NCBI RefSeq assembly: GCF_902459465.1
Contig: NC_047063.1
Coordinates: 7,068,001 to 7,132,000 of the forward strand
Reading direction: 5' to 3'
DNA from: Asterias rubens
Lineage: Eukaryota
Length of the DNA stretch: 64,000 nucleotides
This document shows, piece by piece, positions 25,077 through 38,451 of this stretch; the stretch's first letter is position 1; the number at the start of each line of letters is the position of its first letter. The notes under the pieces are model-generated. The model worked only from the letters and a program-made list of their open reading frames with translations. It did not search any database and had not been told where the DNA came from. The translations under genes and the position numbers were made by a program.

Positions 25077-27352
25077 ATGGTGAGAGGAAGTAATGGAGTC
25101 AGAAGAGAAAAACTATAAAAAACATTTGAAAATGGACGGTATTCAGACGATGTTCGAGTCACTGTGTATGAGCTGTTGTCTATGGGGGTTGGGTCAAAGA
25201 AAGTTTCGCAAATAATACGAACAGTGTTGGAGAGAGTTGGCATAATGAGTGTGAACAGGTTGCCCAAACCTACAATTATAAAATACATGGCCACTGAGCA
25301 AGGTATGCTTGCAAAACGTGCTGCGCAGCAAGCCATTGAAGACAGTGCAGACAGTGTCACCTTGCATGTTGACGGGACTTTTGGGAAAAAGACAATCAAC
25401 AGAACTTTTGGGAAAAAGACAATCAACAGAAAGCTGAAGAAATGCTCGTGCACATAAAAAATGTCATGACTGATCGCGCTGCAGTGAACAAAGCGTTTAT
25501 TCGTAAGTTTGGTGAGTGGCGTGCCACGGCTCTTCCTAAGGTCATTCCAAATTGGAGCAACTTGAGCGAAGGAGTGAAGAAACAGTTCACAGAGATTAGT
25601 GACCTGTTTTGTGGAAAACATTTAGTGCTGAACTTACAGGAATATGCCCAAAAGGCACTGTTTGAATGGGAAGAAGCGGAATGTGATGGCAGCAAACTAG
25701 GGCGAGAAAAGTACATACTGTGGAATATGGGAAGCGAGTCGGCAACAATGCTTGCTGTTAGAAGTTTTTGTAACTGTTTTGGACCTGACGCAGACCCACA
25801 ATCAGGCTACTCATTTGAATTTCATGTGCATTTAGAGGACATGTATCAAGAGAGATCTCACTTGCAGGAATTTAGAGGAAATCGATTTAACATCCCGTTT
25901 GAAAACTCAACTGCAATGTATTTCCATATCCCCGACATGAAGACCCTGGTTACTCCTACAGTGAACAAGACAGAAACAAATTGGTAAAATCATGCATGTG
26001 GGATGTGGAGGAAAATATAATATTGGCAGGTATTCGTGCCATGGGCATGATAGAGAGGCAAATTACATCACCGCTCATGCAAATGCTTGATAGCAATCTC
26101 CACATAATGGACACGTCAACTTACTACACAAGGACATTTGAGAAGGTAAAGCAAATGATGGTAGACCCAACAGAAGTTTTGCATGGACAAACGTTACTCT
26201 TTCCAGATTTTCCTCCTGATAAGAACAAGTTGTGGACTGCACTTTTCGAGCCTGTGTCTAGTGACCTTGAAGACTTAAGTAAACAGGCACTTATTATTAT
26301 TGCTCACAGCTTGTTCCTGTGCTTGAAGCGCCAAGTTTCTGATCATCTTCCCGGTGGAAAGTACCATGAATCCTCTGAGAGACTCACAAAAGAAACACAA
26401 TCTTGCCCTGTACACAATCTGGCTCCGGAATGGCTTTTTTCACATCTTGATCGAAAGCAAAGAGAAATGCCAACACAATATATATGGAAGGAGTGATACT
26501 TTGGTCAATGAATAATACTCTAGCATACTTGGACTCATTAGAAAAGAATACAACAGAAACACTCATTCACAAATCAATGCAAAACAGAGAGAAAGCACTG
26601 AAAGCCTACAGGACAAAAAGAGAAGAGAGCGTGAGAAATCCTGCAAAGAAAAGGAAGTTCAAAAGATGGAGAACATTCGGAAATCAACGATTAAAGCATC
26701 GGAATTCAAACTGTGTGAAAAAGTAGAAGATATAACTGAACTGGTTAGTATGGTTGCTGAAGCACATGAACAATTGCCAAAGAAATCTGCAGAGGAAAAA
26801 ATTTGTGAGGCAATCACATCTCGGATACATTTCTACAAGTCTGTAAACTTTAGTAGCAAGATAGACTACAAACTATTTCACTTTTCTCATGCCCAAAAAA
26901 AATTCACAACAGAGGAACTGAAAAACAATCTGATCAAAATACTTGGATTTTTTCAAAGAGAAAACGAGACTCCAAGGAAAGACAATGAACCCAGCTCTTC
27001 AAATGACATCGACAAGGAGGAAAGAATTAACAATCTAAAAAAGAAATATGCTTTAAATGGAGCATCACCCACCAAGAAGAGGGAAATAAAAGACCCTTTT
27101 CCTGGAGATAACATTGTGGGAAAGAGAATAAGTCTCAAGTTCAAAAGCATGGCATCAAAACGACATCACTTTTACAAGGGGGTAGTTATGAGAAGAAGTA
27201 GTAATGCAGATATCGAAGAATACATGGACGAGGATGATGAAGAGTATGTGGGTAAAATGGACTTTTATACAGTAAGGTTCGACCCTCCTCATGACGGTGA
27301 CCTCTTCTGTTACCCACTGGAAAAGGAGAGGGGGATGATTGTGTCAGCTTAA
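25077..27352 (+). pseudogene. Transposase copy C (subfamily 3), 5'-truncated, with Tudor-like tail
   Basis: LHVDGT (D1), MTDRAAVN, FCGKHL, FRGNRFN, VHNLAPEWLFS (E); tail IVGKRISLKF...FYKGVV...FYTVRFD; internal deletion with a 24-bp duplication at about 25370-25430. Confidence 0.85.
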
Positions 27353-30300
27353 TTTAAATTTAAATTTATTTATTGTACAACACTATATCATCTGGACTTA
27401 GTAGGATTACAGTGGGTCCTTAACTTGTCAAGTCTTGTCCAAAATTCATTCATTGTCATTCAGTGTCTTAGCCAGGAATTTGGAAAGTGGGATTGCAAAC
27501 TGAAAAAGTGGGAGTGCAACCTAAAATCACTACAAAAAAAATAGAAACGCGTGCGTAGCACACAACACGAGCGCGCAGCGCCAAGTATATCTCACCCCCC
27601 CCCTCTTAAGGGCCCTGGAAGCATTTCTGGTACCTATTTCTGTTACAAGTAAACTATTTTGATTTAATTTTTGTTTTGTTTTCAACTCGAAAATGAGAGG
27701 CTTTAAAGCACAGATATTATAAAGGTGATCGACGTCCACTATACGTTATTAAACTCTATAAAATGTGTCTGGGTCAATAGGCCAGTTCAAAGCAGTTACT
27801 TGGACCATGGAGCTGCGCTTGGACCCATTTAGCCTGAAATGGTTCAAAAGCGATCAAATAATGCAGTACAAGTTTGCTGTCAACAAAATTTGTTTTGGCA
27901 TGTGTTACTCTTGATACAAAATTTTGCTTAAAGACTAAACAAAAATGAAGAGGTATTGAAGAAATTAAGAGTTATCATTTACTAATGTTAATTTTCTATC
28001 CATTCTTGTCCATTCGATTTCAGAACTATAGGCCTTAAGGTCAAGAAGCTGATAATAGTTTTTGTATTTAATTTAAACAAATCAATTAATTAATGTAAAA
28101 TAATGATTCACCACACAAGTATTTGCAACCAATCAAAATACCAAGAGTGATTTACATGTACCATAATTGTTTGCTTAATGTAAACTGACTGATATATTTT
28201 CCTTTGTATGTGTTTAGGTTTCATAACGTTTAAGTCTTATAGGTTGTTTAATTGTTGAAACTGGGTCAAAGGCAATTTGTAAACAGTCTGCGGAGAATAA
28301 AGAACAAACAGTTACGAAAGACAGTGCCATATAAGTAGTTCCACTGGGCAAAAAAACGTACCATGCATTGAAAAATAATTTTGGGAGGTCTATCCCCCCT
28401 ACAGCAAAACCGACTTGAGATTTGAAAAGAAACATGAACCAGTTTTTGAACCTTTCGAGCGGAAAATAAACATAGTTTTGTCAACTGCATTAACACCCAA
28501 GAGATGCAAACATTGAAATCCAAAAAAGCCTCGATGTTTCAACCAAACTCTACAACGAACAAACGATGTGCCCTTGAATTTCTAGAAGGAAAATAGATCG
28601 TCATGTTTGCCGCCGTCGAGTTGGGAAAAACTGCGGAACCAATCTACAAAGCAACTGCAGAATGTATGCGGTAAAAGGTGCACTGCGCCGCGTGTTACTC
28701 AGTTACCGATACTGACGTCATAGTAGAAAAATCCAGAGCGCGATGCACAGTGGGCCAGAATGGGATGAAAGTGCGCCAAAAATAAAAATCATTAAGTTTT
28801 GTGCAGGAAGATTCACCTACTTAGCTTTTCCGACCCGTAGAATCCAATGGTGATAATTAGATCGGAGTGTGACGTCAGCAAAATACCGATTTTTGATTGG
28901 TCCTGATGTAATGGACTGTTTATCGCGGTAAAATTGTGACTAATTGCTTGCATCTGTGAATAATTCTAAGCAACCACGACAACAGTTTTCAATGTTTGAT
29001 GCATCATCAACAGAACTAACAACTTCAAATAATCGCTTTCTTGGTAAAGACGCCATTGTGCACTGTGGTACAGCTGACAGATACATTTAAAGACAACTAG
29101 CGGCAGTATCCCTCATCACAACATATGAGACACCAAGTACATTGAAATTTCCACTGCGCAATCAGACATAAATAGGGGTATCATATTGCACCTTTCCGGC
29201 GAGCGCAGCCTTGCTAGGGTGTCGTGTTTCTCAGTGGAGCGCACCATATGTAATACTCAGAAAAGGGGCGAAAACGTACAGTGATCGCTTCAGAAAAACT
29301 GCTCTAAAATCGTGTATCGCAGGTTGTCGCAACTAAATTTGGTACCAAAATGATGCAAACAAGTTGCTCTATTAGAAATGAGTAGACTTTCGGCAGCAAT
29401 CGACGGCAATCTTTAGTTTCCGTATTGCTGAACACAGAAAACGTAAATTTCATGTCAATGTTGACACAATTGTCAGTATTTATTCATAGAAAACTTCAAC
29501 AAAAATAAAAACTGATTTAATTTCCATCAAATAGGAACCCTAAACTAGAGCCAAGTGAAAGTTTAGCTCCGTAACTCAATGCAAGGTGTCTAATTTTGCT
29601 TTATGAAGATTTCTGCAACTATTTTCATTTTATGGCCAACTTCTGTGGATTTGCATACCTTTAAGAGGTCATGACAAGTCAATATATATATGTTTTGCTT
29701 AATTTCCCCATAAAATGGTCCCATGGGGTATAAGCAACCTCAAAAGGTTTGTAGGATCGTGGAGATGAGATTGGTACCTAAAACAATCTGAACGAAAACA
29801 CGTGTGAATTCGCCTCTATCATACCACGCGTGCATGGAGTTCATGCTGCCTGCTGATGACGGTCGATGACAACGACTGACTGTTAAAACGAAGTCTGCGT
29901 GTCTCGCTTGCGTTGTGTAATTTGCACGTGCGATGTGTAATGTGTGGTTTGTGGGTTGTGTTTTGTGTCGTCGCAATGTGGTCAGCGTTTTCGAGGCAAC
30001 TTCGAGTGATTGTTTTATGGTTGCGTCGTTGAAATTTTGATTCAAAAGGAAGAATCGAGTTGGAAGAAGGAAATCTGGTAAAACCAAATCTAATTTTACT
30101 CACTGCTGTTTAAACTGTTCAACAACAACAAAATAATAAAAGAAGTTCAGTAATTTTCACTGAAATTATAAGAGAGCACGGCTTCACCCAAGCCGTGCAT
30201 AAAAATTTTGCCAGTGTTTTCAGCCCAACTGGCCGTGCTAACACGGCGTGCACGGCTCGCTAGCTAACACGTTGTTGTCATTGTAGTACCTAATGCTGGA

Positions 30301-30960
30301 ACATGAGTCGGTCTGATGAAGCATCCTATCCAATCAATGCTGATATAAAGATGTACTAAATTTTAATTTTGAATCTGTACCTGGACAAGTGACAACCATC
30401 TTAAATGTGTCATGACACATGGAGTTTAACCTGCATTTATGTTCACTTCATTCAGAACAAGGCATGTGTAATTTATGCAGTTGGTGCTTTGACATAAATG
30501 TTCATTTTTCAATGCAGAAATAAACATAAATAAATACTCTTAAATACATAATGATATTGTTTTGTTCTAATGAAATACATTTAAAATGTGTTACAGTTTA
30601 CAAAGCTCTAAATAAATAAATTACAATAAATGTCAAAATCAATGGTTTAGACTGGATCATTTTGCGTTTAACTAGGTACTTTTAAGAAAATCAAAATAAT
30701 TAATAACGCTTCTCCATCAGTTTTGCAGATAAATTTCTTAAAGGTAATTAGATATGCATCTCATTTGCATATACCCCATGGGCCCTGTACTTGAGGATAT
30801 TTAATACTCATCTCATTTGCATACTTGTTCAGTTGGTTACCACCAGGATGGGTACAGCTTACATAGAAACAGCTTGTTTAAAAAAAAAACATGATAACGA
30901 AGCCTCTGGATCATTAACGCATATTTAATGAGGCATTTTCCCCAAAGGCCGTGTACTTAA

Positions 30961-31323
30961 AGCCATTGGACCCTTTCGGTAAACAGTGTTGTCCAAGGCC
31001 CACACTTTGTGTACCACAACTTCTATATCAAATAACAAACCTGTGAAAATTTAGGCTCAATCGGTCATCGGAGTCGGGAGAAAACAACGGCAAATCCCAC
31101 CCTCGTTTCCGCGCGTTTCGCCGTGTCATGACATGTGTTTAAAATAGATCCATAATTCTCGTTAACGAGAATTTATATTGTTTTGCTGTTTTCTCAAAAA
31201 GTAAAGCATTTCATGGAATATTTCAAGAGAAGTCTTTCACAATTGCCTTCTGTAAACCCTGTAAGTTATTTGTAAATCTGTGATTTTTTTTTTTTTTTTC
31301 GGAACCGAAAGGGTCCAATGGCT
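30961..31323. mobile_element. Kolobok-type MITE, second copy of 403-768
   Basis: Same TIRs; TTAA on both flanks. Confidence 0.88.
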
Positions 31324-32971
31324 TTAAGGAAATTAAAAATGCACCTCATTTGCATAATTTGAAATTTTATTCAGGTTGTAACGAGCTGAAAGATTGCAGC
31401 TGACATAGTTACTGCATGTTTTAAACATCAACACAACTAAAAGTCACTAATAAAAGCTCTGGATCATTTACGCATATTGATGAGCTGGATGAGAAAGTAG
31501 CCCGGTCCATTTGGTGAAATTGATTGAAACACCTTATTGTTGGACAAAAATTAAAAAAATTAAGCATCACATGGAACTTGTTTGGGGTTTTATTTGGTGT
31601 CCGGCACACTTAGAAGGGAGATATCGATAAGTAAACCAATTCCTGCTCTTCAAGACTTTTTTACACACCATTAATTATGCTAATTGGTAACTTTTCCTAA
31701 TTTTGACCTTTTTCCGCACTAATTAGTTGAAATCTTCTTCTCAAAAAATTAAATATCTCCGGAACCCTTTGACCTACAGAGATGATCTTGGTGTCATTTT
31801 ACTTCAGAAGCAGAGAGGAATTCATTAATGCATACAAAACTAACCTATCTGTAGCGACTGCAAACACGTTTTCTGCGCAACTTCTGTGCATATTGATCTC
31901 GGTTACTTCGCGCTGTACAGAAAGTTGGATCCACAGAAGCTGCACGCATTGTAACTACGATAGATCGTTTGCGCAGTGTGTGAAGTGCATTGTGGGGGAA
32001 CGACTATAGCGTCTTTACGTCAGCTACAAGCTTTGCTACCGTATCTACAACGCACAAAAAACCCGATCAAAATCGACCAATATTTGGCTGAACTACGTCA
32101 TCTTGAAAGGTAAGCAAAATTCTTCATATGAAGTACTAATTTGTGAGTAAAATTTAGAGTATAGTCCATACCGATTAAAACCGACATGAAAAATGAAAAC
32201 TACGATAGATAGTTAGCCTAGAAAAGTTGTTTGCCCGGGTATAGCGTGTGCCGAATTTTGCCGCATCGTTTTTGAAAATTGCTTTTTTTGCTGGGTGCAG
32301 CAAGTAGGTAAAATAGTCTGATTAAATGGTTAGGCCAATATATTATTCCGTGTGCTTCTTGATAAATTTATTTAATGATACATATTTTATTTTGTGAAAC
32401 TTAAATACCTTTTATCACGTTTTTAGTTCCGTTTATGTTGATAAAATCGTTTAGAAATCAGAGGGGTGGGTTGTACATGAAAGCACAGCGGCCAACATCG
32501 TAAGTGAGGCTGTTCCATCAATTGAACTGTATCCCTCTGAAATGAGCTTGGCTTGTGCAATGTTGCAAAATAGGTGGAATTATGATGTTACTTTATTATC
32601 TAATGTCTATAATTTATTGTTAACTCATTTTTAAACCCTACCTTATCCTTTTGCACATTTTAACTAAAGGTCCTTCCTTAATAAAAAAAAATTAAAAAAG
32701 TTTGGGTCTTGTCCATTTATTTAACAAAATAGGGTCTCCTTTTTAGAATTAAATGATTTCTTGATTTTGTCGTTTGTTTTTTTTTCTTTTTCTTTTTTGT
32801 GGGGGATGGTTGCCTTCCATGGACTTTTTAATTCTACATGAATGTCTTCAGGCAATAATTATACTTTGTTAATAGTTTATTTTTCTACAGGGATGAAGTT
32901 GTTAATTGATTCTTATCTATTTCTAATTTTACTTTTGCAGGCAAGATAACTCCTAACTTTCTGAAGACACC

Positions 32972-34735
32972 ATGGGAATTTCCCTCGAAGTCTGGCGCCA
33001 ACGGATTGGTTCATTTCATCCACCAAGATCTAAGGCATCAAGAACACTGTGGCAGAATGAGGTTTTATTTGCCTCATCTAGCTGGAGACTGGATCCTGGG
33101 GGCTCAACCTTTATTATCATCTTACTGGCTGCTACAATAGGTGAGGATTTTTATGGATCAGGTTGTAAGTAAAGTTTAATGACATCTAGGTTAGTTGGGT
33201 CAAGAACAAATGACATGGTACAAACGACATTCATATTTTAAAATAACTTAATGTACACTGCTGCCCAAGGAAACAATTCTATTTTTGCATTTTTGTGACA
33301 AAACATTTCATTTTTTCTTTTGCAGGAAATTTGATACTGCAGACACAACTACCGCATCATTATGATGTCTTGGCAACATGTGGTGATGTTGAGTCAAACC
33401 CTGGTCCATCAGTGCTCCTGAGTGATGAGTTACTGCAGAGTCTGTCAAGTGGCAACCATTCAGCTATCCAGCCAGTTGAAAGATTGAAAAACAAGCATGT
33501 GATACAACTGTTTCAACTAAAGGAAAAGCACAAGTGCACTTGGGACACAGCGGTTACATGGCTTAAGCTCCTCATCAAGGACTTCCCTGGGCCTTCTGAT
33601 GTCAACACAACCTGGACGCGAAATATTGGAGATAGTTGGAAAAGCCTCAAGGCTGCACGGCGGCGCCTTCAGAGTGACAAAAACAAAAGTGACAAGGGCA
33701 AAGAACAGTTTGATGCTTGGGAGGAAGCCACATATCAACTACCATCTGTGCGTGGTCCGAGAGTTCCAAAAGTGACCCCACCAGGTATTTCCAAGTTTGA
33801 GCTAGAATGTCTCACAGCCACGAGTATGAAACTTGAGGAAGAAAAAAAAGAAGCAATGAAAGAAGTCAACAACCTCGCCCTTCAGGTTGAAGCACTGAAA
33901 CAGCGTCAATCACCTCATTCGCAAGCAAACCAAGATAGACGTGAACAACGAAAAAACACTCAAATAAAGAATCTCCCAACAGGTGAGAAGACACAACTTG
34001 CAGAATTGGACAAACTGAACACAAAGGTTGATAAAATAAAAAAGACAAAGAGAAAGTTCTCTTCCGAGTTTAATGGTTCATTGGCAAAAATTTCACGTAT
34101 TGAGGAAGACACCAATTTTGAAAAGGATGCCTACATTCTCGGAATCGAGGATGATATAGTTTCTGCAGAACGGAAGATAGATGACTTAAAGGAAGAGCTA
34201 CTTCAGTGTAAAGAGGTAAATGCCATATTAATGGATGCCGCTTTAATGTGGAGAACAAAATTAGCAGAAGAACAGAATCAGGAATTGTTACTTTTAGTAA
34301 ATGGCTCTTTCACAAATAATTTGCGAAAGTGTGTTTATGAGCTGTTGGGGTGCCATGTGGCACAAGACAAAGTTCCCAAAGTAATAGAAAGTGTTCTAAC
34401 CCTTGCCAAAGCAAAAATAGACAAGTTACCTAGCAATACGACAATCAGAAACATAAACAAAGAAATGGTAGCCGTCTCACAACTTCACCTGGAAAACTTG
34501 ACAAAAGCAGGCAACCTCTCATTACAAAGCGATGAAACGCCCAAGTTTGGTGAAAGCTATGAAGCTTTTATTGCCGATGATGACAGTGGTAACTCATTCC
34601 TTCTTGGAATGAGACACATGGCCGACAAGTCTGCACAGAGTTGTCTTGACACACTTAAAGAAATTATAAGTGACATAAATGGTACTTGTGAACGCATGGG
34701 GTCAGATCATGTTGGCTTCAAAATATTAACAAATT
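32972..34735 (+). pseudogene. Transposase copy D (subfamily 2): leader, 2A motif, N-terminal domain, coiled coil, first catalytic D; 3'-truncated
   Basis: Exon 32972-33140 splices in frame (GT-AG) to 33326; CGDVESNPGP at about 33379-33408; QSDETPK; homology stops just before MSDRAA. Confidence 0.85.
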
Positions 34736-34854
34736 CCATCACTGTTAACATTGAATTTTGCTAGCCGTTTTACATCTAGATACACGATAATAATATTTTG
34801 ATAAATATTTATTTATTTTGTTCCATTTTTCCTCAGGAATGATCACCAAATACC

Positions 34855-37800
34855 ATGGGTGTTTCCCTAGATGTATGGAGGCAACGCATTGGCTGTCATC
34901 ACTCCAGACCCTCTCGTCGATCAAAACACGAGACCACCTTCATGGCAGGGGGCATCTCTCTTGATGCAGGCATTGGTATCCGTACATACTTGGCTGTTAT
35001 GATGATTTCATCACTTTCACTTTTGATGTTCTCCAGTCAGCTCTGTGACATCACTTTATCTGGTGATGTAGAGTCAAACCCCGGACCCCCTGTTCCAGGT
35101 GCAACCCCACCACTTTCTGATGATTTGCTGAAGTCTTTGAAGAATAGAAGTTGCACTGCAGTGAATCTTGATCACACAGTAAAGAACAAACACATCTTGC
35201 AGCTGTATTCAATGCAAGAAATGCTTCCCACATCACCATGGTCGGCAACAGCAGAGTGGATGCAGTTCATTCTACCAGGCTGTACATTCGGGGAAACCGA
35301 GTGGAGTAATAAATTCAGGTTAAGTTGGGGGAAAATTCACCAGAAGAACCGTGACCTGCGAAAAAGCATCGGACGAGCAGATGGGATGAAGCGGTTGGCG
35401 GATTGGGAGGAGGAAGAATACAAGCTGCCGAAAGTCAAAGGTCCTCGACCATCATCATGCAAGTCTATAGAAACTGCACCGCCACTTGTTTTTGACTCGA
35501 AAGTTCTGGAAGCAGAAAATAAAAAACTGCTTCAAAAAAGCAAGTCACTGAAAACTGACAATGAGGAACTCAAACAAACAATTGAAGATTTACGGCAACG
35601 ACCATCCCCCCATTCACAGAAGGTTCAAAAACGTAGGGAGAAAAGATACCAATTAGCATTGACTGGTCATAAGAACACAATTGACGAACTCGAAAAAAAA
35701 AACAGAAAAACTCTCCAGTCGGATTCAACAAGAGAAAAAGAGCAAGAGAGCACTAACGAACAAGTTCCAGCGGTCATTGAAAATGGCCAAGACGGATGAA
35801 GATCCTCACAAACAATGGACAGAAACGTATGCAACGTCGCTCGAAAAAGAAGTTGACGAACTCCACCAAACTGTGAAAAAGCAAAAACAAACAATAGATA
35901 GTCTGCTTAAAGATAACGAAAGTTTGAATACGGAAATTGCACAGTTGACCACAAGAAGTGAGAAGGTTTTCTTTTTCAATGAAGAAAAGAATGAGTTCTT
36001 TCCTTTTGTCCATAAATGTGTTTGGAATCTAATTGGAAAGCATGTTTCCTTTGCAAATGTTTCTAGTGTAATTAAAATAGTTTTAGAAATGCTTAAGTTG
36101 AGGTATGATCGGTTACCTAGTGAAACCACTATTCGCAATATGAAATATGAATAATGAACGAACCTTGGTTTCACAAATTAAAATAGCAGGTATTAAAGAC
36201 AAAAAAAATACGACACTAGGGACAGTCGAAACACCTACGAATGCAGATATATTCATGACGTACACGATTACAGACGACGATGGAGAAGCTCATCTATTGG
36301 GTCTGAGGCAAATGGCTTCAAAATCTGCAAAACATACATTAGATAACTTAAAGGAAACCCCGTCCGACATCACAGACATTTGCCAAAAGTCAAATGCTGG
36401 CAATGACATTGGCCATAAAGTTCTATGCCAAATAAGGAACACTATGTCGGACAGGGCAGCAACAGAAGGACTTTTCAACAACATGTTAAAGTCATATAGA
36501 GAAGAGTGCCTTCCACTATACATGGACAACTGGGACAATTTCAGTTCCCCAGCCAGAGAAAAGTTGTCCGAAATGTACAATTTTTTCTGTGGCCTTCATC
36601 TGCTAACATCAATGGCTGATTCAGTGGCAGCATCATTTAAACAGTTTGAAGAAATACACTTGGAAGGAAAGAAGGTTGGTGCTGCAGCTGAAGCAGGCAT
36701 AAATGTCTTTAATACATCAAGTGGCATCATCCGTCTTGTTCAGAATGCCTGCACGGGGGGCGGATGAGAAGAGTGGCGTCCATAGGGCATGGAAGGTTTT
36801 TACGAGCAAAGTGGGGATTATGTCTACATACTTCCAGCCTTTTCGAAGTAACAGATTTAATGTTGTATTTCTGTTTGGTGGTCGAACATATTTTTTGGCG
36901 AGTCACATTCAAGATTTCCGTGGCAACGTTCATGGTACCTCAAATGGACTTTTGAAGGCACTTTTCGCAGATGTGAAGGTCCCACTATACTTGGCAGGGT
37001 GTAAAGTTTTAGGCTTTATAAACAAAACAATAAGTGCACCATTGTGGAGATTGACTGAGAAGAATGGTCATATTCTTGAGATGTGTGACACCTACACTGG
37101 ATTGGTCAAGTTTCTTGAGCAGGTTACATCGGAGGAGAAGATTCTTGCAGATTTTGCATTTGGTCATGTTGGTTATTTTGATGAGTCTCTCTTGGAAAAA
37201 GATGATGTATACGACTATCTCTTAAGCCCTGGTCCCTTCGATGAAATCGCTCTCTCTCTCCTTCAACACACTCTCATCACTCTTCTTCAACTCTTCAAAC
37301 GTGTCACAGCAGATTACCTTCCAGGTGGAAAATTTCATGATGTCAAAGATGACGTAGAATTTCAAAAAGCCACAGCATCAGCTCCAAAACATAACAAACT
37401 ACCTGAACGAGTATTTGGTTACCTTGACTATTTAATACACAAGCGCCCGAATTCCACTTCAATAGCAAATGAAGCACAGGTCATGTATGTTTTTAATAAA
37501 ACCGCTGCATTTGTAGACACAAAAAGTGATAAGGAGTTGAAAGATCTGGTTAAAACCGTTTGAACAGAGTCAAGGAAAACACAAGTCACAGCAAAAAAAC
37601 GAAGTCAAGAAATAATGAGCTACTGGAAAAAAAACAAGAAGAAAAATCAAATGCTATGATAGAAAGTAGGCTTAGGATGCTCGCCAAAAAAGAACAGCTG
37701 ACTAATGACATAGCAGAAAGTGGGCTCTGGCAGTCAGAAGAGCAGATGGCAGAGTACCTAAACACACAAAAAAACAGACAAAAAGAAATTAGAAGCAGTA

Positions 37801-38150
37801 AAGAGACAAATACGCTTTCGGAGAGAAGTACTCAACCAGTTTATGGAGGGAGACAAAGGATTAATACATTTACCATAGTTGTCCCCAATACTAAAAAGCG
37901 AATTGACAAACCACTCTGTGACATTCAGTCACACCTGACCAAAATGATCAATGCAGCAAAATCAGTTGCTCATTCTCAGTCTGTGCAAAAAACACCTGAC
38001 GATGAATATCTTACAATCCCTTTGTTAGTTGGCAAGAATGTTTCTCATCTTTGGAATACAGATGACGGTTCAGAGTGGTACACAGGCAATGTTATTAATA
38101 TTAGTCAAGTCCCGGGATTTCCCTCTTGGTATAACATCACATACGAAAGT
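34855..38150 (+). pseudogene. Transposase copy E (subfamily 2), near full length, frameshifted, Tudor tail truncated
   Basis: MGVSLDVWRQRIG, SGDVESNPGP, MSDRAATE, FFCGLHLL, FRSNRFN, KHNKLPERVFG, PLLVGKNVSHLW...WYTG...VPGFPSWYNITY. Confidence 0.9.
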
Positions 38151-38451
38151 GTGCAGAGTGGTAAACGCGATCTCGCGAGACTCAATGGCTTTGTTGCCAC
38201 GTATGAACCAATTGGACGTACTTAATACATTCATCGGTACTGTATGTTTGTGCATCACAGTATACCTTCGTATCATCGAAAGTCCGAAAGAAATCGTCCA
38301 ATTTGTAGCAAAAATCTTGATCGTCGAATGCGGTAAGTACATTAAAATGTTGATTTATCATTGAACCCCCCCATGAAACTGCAAGAAACTTTTAAAAAAT
38401 GAAAGAAGCATGTCCCATCACCCTAGAAAAGATACTACCTCATCTGTACGC

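Noticed and set aside
27461-27620. CAGTGTCTTAGCCAGGA, a hAT-like terminus
   Set aside because: Matching opposite TIR not found in the window
28746-28765. CACAGTGGGCCAGAAT, an RSS-heptamer-like or Transib terminus
   Set aside because: I found no partner end, TSD or Transib/RAG-like coding sequence, so it is not supportable as an element
27400-32900. Short ORFs of 60-115 aa in both orientations
   Set aside because: No recognisable motifs; consistent with chance ORFs in decayed repeats
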